The notes under the pieces are model-generated. The model was not told the origin of the DNA. It saw only the letters and a program-made list of their open reading frames with translations, and did no database searches. 64,000 nt of DNA from Ascidiella aspersa (Eukaryota): the NCBI GenBank assembly GCA_963924565.1, contig OZ004610.1:9672001-9736000 (forward strand). Reading direction: 5' to 3'. The position numbers and the translations under genes were made by a program. Positions 28,401 to 40,400 of the stretch are shown here, in pieces. Within the stretch, counting starts at the first letter, position 1, and each line of letters starts with the position of its first letter.

Positions 28401-31400
28401 GCAAGTTCGCCAGCGGTTTAGCTTTGTGCCGAACCCCCGGTGCACTTAATAACGGGGTTGATAAGTGCAAAGATCTATATAGAAACTGACTTTTGGAGTC
28501 ACTAGATTTTAAAAATTGTCAGTATATACAGTATACAAATATTTGACTTAGTGAAATCATCCGTAAAGACACCAACGCTCACCTTCTTGCTATTAGTTGG
28601 CATAGGTCTCACTTCCTCTAATGTTGGCGCCGTCTCTTCGCCAGGACTACGTGAAGCCGTATCACTCACCAGGCCTTACGTAGCCCTGGCTTTGTCCTTA
28701 TACTGTCTATTAAGATTGGGCCCGAGTTGAAATCGACAAAGTGAAGCACATTCTGGCACGCGTGCAGATATTCGCCAAATTTAGCTTACTTTGGCCAGGT
28801 CGGTAAGGGTTGATCCTATGGGCGCGTCGTGTTACTTCGTTGGCGTGTGTGCTGTCTTAACTTTCCGAGCGAAATTCTTGTTATAGGCCAGGCCTATAAA
28901 AAACTTTAAAAGTAAAGCGAACGCCTTTTATGTTTTACTCGCGGATTCTCGTATTATTTCGAAAAACACACATAACAAGGTTAGTCACAATCGATATCAG
29001 CTGAACAACCTCAGCATTGAATCGATATAAACTAGAAAAATAATTATGATACCGGAAACAAACAACCGTTTTGTTCATTGCGCAACGCATGTAAACATCC
29101 CCATCAGATTTCCGCACTGTGTGGCATTTTTAGGCGATCGAAATTTATATTTTTGCAACAGTTGTTGTAACTGCAGAACAGCGACCACACAGGCGTCAGT
29201 TTATTTTCTACTTTTGGCAGCAGCTTCCAACTCCAACTGTTATTATTTCATCAGGCTTTTTGACCCGTTTAAACATTAATTGATTTGTAAAGAATAATTT
29301 CGTGAGCTTTGGTCAGCTTACGCCAGCAGGCAATATATTTTCCTGTAGCGGTGCAGAAATGGAATACAAATGTAACTGGCTTTTGAAGGGCTCGTAAGAA
29401 ACGCTCATAGCGACTGCACGGATTTGGTGCGCCTGTGAGAGCAGCGCAACAGTAGCCAGGCATACGTGAGATTCGTCGGCACCAAAGTCACGTTTTGTTT
29501 GTTTACTTTTTTGCCGGCCAGACGCATTTCAGCAGCAACGACGGTTCGGCGACGGTGGCGGGTCGCTGCAGTTGAAACGCACCGTACAATGGGCGGTAGT
29601 TTTCGCGTCGAAACGCATTGACGGGCGTTCGGGTCCAGAATTGGGCTGCCCCAGCTTTGCCCAGAAAAGCGCAGGATGAACAAGGGAAGAGGGGGTATTT
29701 CGAGCGCTCCCGGCCTTTCTCGCCAATGGCGTTGCGAGGGTACCGACTCCCGCAGCCTTATGTGTACTAGAGCACTGCTCTTCAACCGGTGTGCACAGTG
29801 CACCCTAGGGTGCACCAAAATATGCATGAGGTGCACCGATACGAAAAGGTATACGCATCACAAACTTTTAATAAACAATTAATGTCGGACTTCTCAAGTT
29901 TGTTTAAATGCTGTTTTTTTTCTTCTTTAAGTTAGTTTAAATGCTGTTTTATGGCATGCAATATTACTCGAAAGCAGACTGTAGCTATATCGAACTTTCA
30001 CCGACAAGGTGTAAAACTTCGGCAGTTCCGCTCGGTTTAATTGACAGAATGAAATATTGATGTGCATAATAATTTCTCATATCGCTTTTTACAAACAGGG
30101 TGCATGAGTTCGTTACAACAACTTTAAGGGTTGAACAAACCAAAAAAGGTTGAAGAGCACTGTACCCGATTTTGCTAACTGTGATTAATAGGCAGATTTA
30201 CCTCGAACTGAACACTGTCGTAACTTTTGGGTTATTTTGTAATTTATGGATAAAGGCCGCTAACAGTTCAGGTGGCGACCTATTTTCGTTTACTTACGAC
30301 CTGGACACGCGTGTTCTGTAGCAACATCGCGTGTCTGTTCAAGTTGCTAGGCCTTGACCGTCAGACGTCGTTGTTTCGCTGTAACCGCGGGGATATGACC
30401 GTGACGCACTGTACGACGCTATAACGGGTGGTCAATAAATACTTTTTTATGTTATGAGTTAGTGTTACTCCTGGGCTTCCCAAACTAGGGGTCAGGGGTC
30501 GCGAAACGACCTTCAGGGGTCGCAACAGTATACAAAATTTTCACAATGTAGCGTAGGCGTTCAGCGTATTCTACCAATACCACTTTTCCTCTCAACGTTC
30601 ATTTCTAAATTTCGAAACGCAGTTTTTAAAATTGTTGGAATTGTTAAAAACATTATTCTCAACTGAGCTCTAGGTTCTACGTAGGCAGGCCTAGCCCTAG
30701 TCTTAAATAGTGGGACTTAGTTAATCAAGCACTCATCACACTGAATAGATATATTTGCTTTTTGGTTTCCAGTAGACTGGCTACGTGTAAAGTTGTAAGC
30801 TTCGAATTTCGGTAGCTTGTTTTTAGTTTTGGCTCGAATTAGGCCTTTAAATAAATATCACAAAGATATATCTCGCACTTTGCATCATTTTATCGGCGAG
30901 GATTGCGAAAGGAGAATTAAAGGGGTCGCGAGCAAAAAAGTTTAGTCCCTGGGTTACTCAATCCTACGTGTATGAATGTTACAATTTTTAAGCATAATGT
31001 TTGGAGGTTGTAGTAAGACGTAATAAGAATATCAAAGTCCATACAGAAGTAGGTATCATTTTGAACGTTTCGAATAACTCTTTATTCATTTTCAACATTT
31101 TTGTTTATGATCTACCAACATAGACTTATATTACTCAAGCGACAAATGAATAAACCTGTTCTTCTTGTTAAGCAGTCCTATCGTATGTTCTATTAGGTAT
31201 TAAAAGTTTGAAAGTTGTATTAGATATATATACACAAAAATCAAATTGTTTTTTTTTCCCTTCATTGTCCTCGTTGTCTAAACGAGTATGTGTGTTTTGG
31301 TGCTGCAGTTTTAATTGGATGCTTTAAAGAAGTCTACCGGCATATAAGAAGCCTAGATTTATATTAGGCGTTGTAAACTGCGCCCAACTTCCTGACCGAC

Positions 31401-34400
31401 GCGAAAAGCAACGAGGACACCAACTACGTCACCATTTTTAGGTTGGCAAACGTTGTGAGGTGTTTGCAAGACCTAGGGTGCGTGGTACTGAGACGTTGTA
31501 TCTAGATATTGGCATCAAGCGCAAGACTGTACAACTTTCGGGGCAAGTACACCCCTCCTTCCCCTTTTGCTCCCTGGGCCCCTAATTATTCTAATCTCTC
31601 GTCTGGCCTCCTTTAATACTTACTGGGGTGACTGGGCGCGGATTGCCTTGGCTGAGCGAAAAACAAACAGTCAGCTGATTGACACTTTCGATCTTAGCAT
31701 CGATTGCGTGCGCGCGCGCGGCACGTCCCAGCTTTTTGCGCGTTTTGTTTTTGGAAAAAAGAAGCCGCACTGCAGCGCGCAGATCATCGCCCGCGTCACT
31801 GGTTGTATGTGTATTCGTACGAAATCTTGCGCACTAGACGCAGGTGCTTTTTGTACGGTGGGAGCGAGTCGATTCCAGGCTTGTAAAGCGAGGTTTTTCG
31901 GCCAAGCAGGACCGGACAAGCCTAACTCTGGCGACCAGCGCCGACCAAGTTCCTCCTACATAACAAAAAGTAAAGGAGATCGGCCTTTGGAACATTTTCA
32001 ATACAGTCGTGGACACTTTGGCACGCCGTTGGTGCGAGCTGCTGTTGTTGCGAGCGAGCACTGATGCGCGACGCGGATTACGTCAAAGGTAACATGCAGA
32101 GCGTCCTGGGAAGAGTCCTTTGTTTGTCCATTCGTGATGAATATGCTGACGAGCCCGACTGTCAACAGGTAGGTTGGGTTATTCTGCAAAATTAGAAGGA
32201 GTGCATTTGGTGTGGTGACGTTGAAACTGTATAGGGCTGAGCATCACGTTTGCCTCGGTTTTTCTATTGGTTGCACCAAAATCGTTGGTATGCCTTATCT
32301 ACGCATCCTATTATTACACGATATGTAAACGTTTTTAATTAAAATTAAAAAAAACTAATTTGTATGGCCGAAACTACGATTTATCTGACAATATGTTGCA
32401 GTTTTCTGAAATGCTGGTTGGTTTATTTTTCTTTAGAATTGTAAATGTTTCTTAAAATTTATCGAAATAACTATTGATGTATTCTATAGAATCGGCTTTA
32501 TATTAAAACATTATTGCAATTATAAATAGGAAGGCGGGTCTGTTTTAACTACCAAGCGACACCGATTGAATGAAGCTTCGTCGCAACTTTGTGATATATT
32601 AAATGCGAGTCGCTATGATGATTTGTGCATCCATGTTAGGAACATGTTTCAAACATTGATTTGCTTAAGATGAAAACTAGTTTTGTATTCCCAAGAAAAC
32701 AATCAAGAGAAAGAAAATACGCTGCATGTTTTTAAAATACACATTTCCACAAAATGATTCTACAAGAGTTCAGTTAAGCCTGGCAGCGTACATTGAAGCA
32801 TTTTCGAAGGGGCTTTCCCTACCGCGAACGGTGCCAGTCGATCTTCAATTTGTTGGTTAGTTGAGAAAGGCAGGCTCCATCTTTTTGCCTGGCGCTGGGA
32901 TGTCCGACAAAAAATATTACTGCGAGTGTAACTGCGAACGCGTTTTCCGGGCTAACCTTTGCGCTGCTTTCGAGAAACTAGATTTTCTCGCTGTTCTTCT
33001 TCGTTAGAATAAGCGATGTTTCGTCGCGGTTTTTGAGGAGCGCAAAATTCGCCGTTACCATGTTTCGTACGCGTTCTTCTATTCGAGCTATTGATGGGGT
33101 CGCTTGGGTTTCAACGCAGCGTGGTACAGCGTTTCGTGACCAGTTCTGTGCTCTATGCTGCGAAATCCGCGAGAAAAGGTGGTCATGGAAAGAATTCGTT
33201 TATTAGAAAAGAGTTCGTGTTTGTTCATGTTTTTGAAAGGCGTTTTTGCACTGGCAATGAAAAGCTATTTTGAACAATTTTGGTCGACAGAAATGTAGTA
33301 GTTTTGGCATGCGAATGATTTGTAGAAAATGATGGGCAAGAGCAATAGTATTCCCCAAGGATATAAATTACGCCGAAGGAAATATGGCGAATTATATCCT
33401 TTGTAGAGAGTCGTGCTTAATCTCAAGTTAGGCTATTTATTTATTTTTAAGTTTAATTCATGAAAATATGCGTTTTAATGACATTAGCGCTTGTATTAGT
33501 ATGTCGTGTGCTGATACAACCACGAACGCCGCAGCCAATACGGCGTTTGTTGTGTAGTTGCTAGCACTTTTTGTCGGGACAAAAACAAGCTGAAGTCTAT
33601 ACGTTGGCCAAGCATATCGTATATATCTCGAATGTCACATGCAGACGTAGCGCGTAGCCCTGAGGCGGACCTCGAAACCAACATTGTGTTAGACCAAAGG
33701 AGAGTGCTGATATTGCTGCTGTTGCTTGCTGGCCATCGGAACGCGCCCGGGCCTTTGCTGTACGTTGCCAGGACATTTACCAATCGATCTGACACGGGCT
33801 AAAATAACACATTTAATCGGGCGAAAGATAGGTTGGCGCCCGCATCATGGAAGCATCTGAAGTCAAATTGCACCGATGGCAGGTTTTAACAGTTTTGTCT
33901 AAAAATAGTTGCCCAATACGGGACAGAACATGAAGTGCTTATAGTGATTTGCGTAACGCTTGTCTTCGTTGTAAAAGGCAATAGCTTCCTGCATTAAGAG
34001 AACATTGTAGACAGTAATTGTAGCCTACAAGCTTCTCTTTGCAAATGTTGTTGTGAGATCTCCTTATTAGGGAGTGTTTTCTACTTTATAGTATACCTGT
34101 TGTTCCCGTTTATACAAGTAGGACGTACAGCCGTTATAGCTCAATTTATTTTGTAGTTTGAAAATCGGAGAATGTTGTTATGACAAATTGCCACCTGACA
34201 ACAGGAAAATATCCTTGCATCGTCTTGGTTTATTTTTAGTTGCTGATAGCAAACTGTACCCTGTAATCATACGGCAATATACCAATAAACTATAATACAG
34301 TGAGCTATATATACTTTTGGAGAGCAAAATGTGCAAATGCAAATTTTTTTCTTCGCCATAATTGAAATTCGTCGATTTTAGATTTACTTTATTTTTTTCA

Positions 34401-37400
34401 AATCTCTGTGCGCGACCTTTGTGGCGGTATCCATAATTGATGAGATGTTGGTTTTATTTAATTTCGAGTGCGTTTGGCTATGTCTACAGACTGCGTTCGC
34501 CAGAGCAGCGCGCTCCATTTTTCTTTTCTTTTGTTACCGAGAAAAACCGCGTTAAACTGCGATGAAAACGGATGCGGCAATTTAATTTGTGTTGTATCGC
34601 AGAGTGTGTAGGACAAGCTAACTTGCTACGATTGTGTTTTGTCGTGCATTGTTAAGGCAATTTTTAGCAGCTGAACGTCCGTGTGAGGTTAACAATGAGA
34701 ACATTAAAAGAGTAAATCGCATTATACAAAGCCTACTATTAACCAATAAGCAGTTCAAGACGACCAAGCTACCGCCAGGCATTATACCACTCAGTCGCTG
34801 CGTTGTTCCGCAATCGCAACTGCAAATTCAAGGCAATTAAAGCGCACCTGCATGAAGCAGTATAAGCACAGGACAACGTCGAAAGGATTGCCGCACAAAT
34901 TACCAGTGTTTAGGGATGCGGAAACCAAAGTCCAAGTCAATTCATTTCTGAAATAACTTCAGTCCAAGTCAAGTATTTTTCAATAAATATTAGATTAAGT
35001 CCCAGTCCAAGTCATCGGTTGCCCAGATCAAGTCCATAAGTCATTGACATAAAAATGAGACGTTAAACTATAAAAAGTTTGTACACCCGTCCGTTTATGC
35101 GAAGCAAATTAACATAAATTTAACAAAAATGCAACAATAGAAAGCAAGTTGTTTTATGTGCACAAATTAAAATAAACAACCTAATTGTATTAAAGACGGT
35201 TTATTTTAATGAATACACTCATTTGAAACAATGACTTAAGTCCTAGCCGAGTGATTTGTTCAAAATGCTTAAGTCAAGTAAACTTGTTTGGCCAAAGACC
35301 GAAGTCCAGTCAAGTCATTCAAATATACTGACTTTATTGCACAAGTCATTACGGGCCTTCTGAAAGGTAATAGTCACTTTGCATTCCCTTTATTCAGGTG
35401 TGCATTGTCAGGCCTCGGTCGACGGCGTATTTTTGCGCGCCAAGAAATCCGGTCTGTTATACATAAAGCGCTGTTCGGCGCCACGCAAAATCCGCGCGAC
35501 GCCTTGGCCCGGAGACCCCGACTGGCAATATAAATAATTGATCTGTGAACCAAGTCGCTTTAATTATGCACGACCGTCGCATTCACTCGCTGCCGCCCGC
35601 CAGAGCAGAGCCAAACCAAACATCACTATTGCCGCCTTGCAGTGGAGCCTAGTAAGGCGTTAGACCGACCGTCCTGCAGAATCGGGTGTTCGACGCTTTC
35701 ATTACTGTGTATTGAATTATTGACGCAATTTCGTCGGACCGGGCACCGTCTTATTCTCACCCGCGCGCCGCGGTATAGCAAATATTCGCCCCGCGCGCTT
35801 TTATGATTCTCCCGCTTTTGTCTTCGCACTGGGCCTGCACTCCACAATTTTTGCGCGGTTGGGTAGCACATTTTGCAAGGTCGGTAGCCAGGGTTTGTGT
35901 TTTCGGCCAAAAAGTTCACTCAATATTCTTCACTCACCCAGTGACAGGCATGTGACGTGGGACGTGTTCCATTGCGATAACCTTTGAAATAATTTCGGAT
36001 TTGTACCCATAATGCTTTTCTAAGGGATATCTTAAAACGGTGCCATGCGCTTTAGGAGTACGCCCTTGTTTATTCCTGGGCAGCTAATGGCCTTACCTAA
36101 CTCGATGAAATAAATTCATGCTTAAACCGGCGTATTAATATAAAAGAATTAGTCGTCAAATCGAAATCACTATGTTCATTGCCGTTGTATAGTTGCCCAG
36201 CCTTTCGCGCTTCGTCGTATTGATTAATCGTTAATCTTTTTTGTGTTTTCATTCATCAGTCCCTGCACATGCTAGATTAGAGATTTCTAGGGCCCTGTCT
36301 GCTGTTTCTGACCATTTTAGCCACCCTTTGAATTCGCAGCGCACGAAGAGCAAGCATGTTTGCCGTGGAAGCGTTGAATGGAGTACGTTGACTAAAGCAC
36401 GACATATCTTATGATGGCAGTTTTCATTTATCCTTGTTCCTAATTGACTAAATTAGAGTTTATCACTTGTGACTTTAACAACGGTTCCTTGTTATAGCTC
36501 ATAAGCTTTCCTGTTAAGCATTATAGTAGGGGAGGCCAACTCAAACATGCCGACGTGCCAATTTTTATCTTATAACTTCTTCCCGTGCCAAAGTAACTAA
36601 TATTAGAAGTGCTTTTATACCAAAAATAAACAGTATAATGTTATAATATCAGAACTAATTGTTTGTTGTCGTAATTGCTGGGATTGTTTTGTATTGTGAA
36701 TAAACAATGACAATTGGCTGTACAACAAATTTAGCTTTTTCGACAATTGGCTGTATTTTTGGGGGGCTTGCGTGCCATTTTTTATTAGGTCGTGCCTCAT
36801 GTTGGACACCCCTGCATTATAGTGATGCTTATTAAAAAAACGTAAGAAGGAAAATATGTGAACCGAACATATATTCTCATATAAGGCGACTTGAGTATCA
36901 ATTTCTCGTTTATTCGACTGCAGATCTATATCGGCGACCACATGACCAGAGCATGGACCAAGGAAGGCAAAGCGGTGTCACCAGCGCCGGGCGGTTGCCA
37001 GACGCCTGAGGTGGAGCCCAGGAAACTCAGCTCCCTGACACGACATAAATCGCCAACCACGTGAGTTGCGAACAGACTTCTGGAAGATTCTTTTCTCGTG
37101 CGGGCTAAATTTACCACATTATATACAATGGTCCAGTGTTTTTTTTATTTTTCCCTTACGACAATTGGTATTCCTTGGTGGAACTTCGGATAGCTATAGT
37201 TCAGTGTTGATGTGTTTTTTTGTTTGTTTATTTTTTTTAAGGAACTCTTCACGATTTTGTGTGTAATCCATGCGCAGGCCATGCTGTGCAGACGTTTCAC
37301 TAGTCTAGTTTAGTGGTACGCTTATGCTTTCAGGTTGTATGCGAGCAGGTTACAGGTTGTTTGTGGTGATTTGGAAGACATCTCAGACTAGCGCCTTTTT

Positions 37401-40400
37401 AAGACTTGGGTAAATTTTATCAAAATGGTTTCTTTTGAAAACCGGGGTACGCAGCGACAAAAAAAAGCCACAGCGTGATACGCGGCCAAACACTTTTAGG
37501 AAGTACTGCACTTTCGTAAAACTGTAAAAAGCCGCCCGGGTTATTTATTCTCTCAACGCAAATGAACTCAACGTTACGTTTCCCCAACTTTTTACGTTCT
37601 GTCGTCATTGCAATCGTATACGACTAAGGAACATTCGAACCGACGTTCTTTTGCGATTCCAGACCCTAAAGTGTGTCTGTAGGGTCACTGTTTCCCACTC
37701 CACCAGTGCTTTGTTGAATAAATGTAAATACCGTATTAATGATATATGACCAGGCGACCGCGTAAAGCTTACCTGTTATGTTTACCTCGTACAGTAACTC
37801 GAACATCGAGTTTACGATTTTAAAGTGCGTTTCTTTTCTATCTTTTATACCAAAGCTCTATATCACGAGAACGTAAAATTAACCTCGTTTTCTATTTTTA
37901 CAAAGACACCAATTTGCAATAAATAATTCGTTTCCTGATGCCCATTTGTAGATAATACGTCACACGAATAAAAACGAACATGCACGGGTCAATTCCATTC
38001 TTGCATTAGGGCCGCTTCAACTAAGTGCCCTCTCCCCAACCATTAACGCACGCGTAATCGACGGCGCACTTTTGTAACCTGGAATTAAGTCGACGCATTT
38101 TGGCTTTTACCTTGGCGCCACACGCAATTACGTGAACTCCTGGTTATAAATAGGTATCTTGCCCGGACGTGTTAATTTGTGTGCACCACTCGCATTAAGC
38201 GACCTCTGCCTTTCGCTGAAAAAAGCTTGCTGCGTTGATGCCAATTAGGCGGTGCGGAGGTCGAACGTCGACCAAGATGTCGAGACTTAGTCTGTTTCAT
38301 GTACAATTGCTGTTTTTTTGCGAGTTCAAATGTTTAGCACTCAAAATAGACAACCAATAATGAGTATATTGAAAACCTCAGAGTTGTTCCCCTTTTTTTA
38401 AAATACTCATTATTTCTCAACTGCAAAACGAACACAAGTGACTAGTAGTCATGGAAATGTTTTCAACCCTAATATTTTCCGTTTATGCCAGTGGTTCCAA
38501 AACTTTTTTGCCTCGCGGCACACTAAAAATATCTTAAATATTTCGCGGCACACTTTTAACAGAACATATGTAAATGTCTCAATATTATTAATTTGTAATG
38601 GGTGGTGTGTAATTAAGTCTAAATGCCTGTCTGCATGCCTATTGGTAATACATATAACTGATTTTAAAAAATTACAAAAAGTTTCGCGGCACACTTGACA
38701 ATCTCTTGAGGCACACTCATTTGCCGCGGCACACAGTTTGTGAATCACTGGTTTACGTCCAAAATGCCGTGTGTTGTTCTTGTAGGACTTGCAACAACCG
38801 GACGTCGGCTGATCGAAAGGCAATATGGATCTAGTCTCCCTCGTGTGCGGCGCATTATTACGCCGTTTTGGTCCGATTGCGACCCGCACACGCCAAACAT
38901 TTTGAGTCCTATTCCATTGGGCCTAGTACATGGGCGATCAAGGCGCCATAAAATACCTGCCCGTGTCCCGACTTCTCTTTTTCAGTGAGCTAAGCGTTCC
39001 GCAGGGGTTAAGCTCAATTTAAAAGTTACTCCGGTTGCGCTACATTGGAAAAACGGCTTTGTTTTTTTAATTGGCCGTCTGAGCATCAATTTTGTTAGAG
39101 TTGCTGAAGTTGAAAAATATGCATAAACATATACTGTTCGATTGTGTATTGCCGTCGATTGTAAGCTCTTTATATCACAACAACGCACCGTATTGAAATC
39201 AGTTCTGCCAACGTTGGTTGTTCTAAATCGAATCTGCAGTCAAAAAGCGCAAAAATAGCCTACGCATTTGCTTTTTGCGGTACTCTCCGATCTCCGCGTT
39301 AGATCACCATATCGTTATGTGTACTATGCTCTCGTTATGGATACTATGCTCTCGTTATGGATACTAGCGAACCACAACACTTCTAGCTAGAATCTAAATA
39401 TATAGAAAGTGTGCAGCAGATTTCATTGGCGGTTATATTTAAAAAAGAAAGCACAAGGCCGCCTAACGCGCGCAAGCTTTTATGCGACGAAGAGGGAGGG
39501 ACGCAATATACTGTTTTTTGATGCACTGTGCCGTAACACAAAGGCACAAATTACAGAGTTTCGTCCGATTCGACAAAATATCACGATATAATGGTTTAAC
39601 GTTCTATACTTGGCGAAATCAGTGCGTACCACAAAAATAGGTTTTGCGGCCTGGGCTCTGGCCCGTCGACCGTATGCCGCTAGACGCGAGGTTCACATCT
39701 TAAGTGTGTAAAACGCCGGATTACAAAGCGTCCATTACAAATATCTTGCTCTTTGTTCAGGGGCTACCCCAGTCGCACACACTCGCGGCGAAAGTCGACC
39801 ACCAAATGGAGACCGAAAAGCCCTCGGGAAATCCTCCTCATATTCAGGTTGGTTTCATCAGTATCGAGTTTGTGACGTAAAGTCGCGATGTTGAATGGCA
39901 TGTTTTGACACTTGGGCTTCGTGTAACGTAGCGGCCACTGGCTATCATACCGAAATTCATCCAGCAAACAGTTGTCTGCAGCCCGGCTTCCTTGAAACCG
40001 TACCACCGTGACGTCAGAGACACATACGTCAAGAGACACATCGCATGCAAGGCTTTAACGCACAAATTACACCGGCTGCATGTATTAGCAAACATCGAAC
40101 GCCGTCTCAATGGCCGTACGTCATAAATTCGGTCATGCGTTAAAATTCGAAATTAAAACGAAATCAAAGGCGGACCGCTTCACGAAACGACATCTCCCGT
40201 TGGCTTAAGCGTGACGTCGTCGATTGATGCGGTCGGATTTTAAGGCTCGTGCCGTTATGCCGCTAATGAAAGCGATCAATCAGAATGGAAATCACAACGC
40301 TGCCTCTTAAACCCGGCCCTCTTTTGACCAACGTTATAAGCTGAATCGATTTTTTTTATGCCTGGCCGCCCCGGAGAATATTCGTCGACAAATTGCCCTG

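Noticed and set aside
33643-33803. ATG-initiated frame MSHADVARSPEADLETNIVLDQRRVLILLLLLAGH... as another RGS first exon
   Set aside because: It ends in a stop with no convincing phase-compatible donor and no homology support.
39324-39366. Short direct duplications (20-22 bp; also about 3457-3497 and 9631-9673)
   Set aside because: Ordinary slippage duplications with no sign of function.
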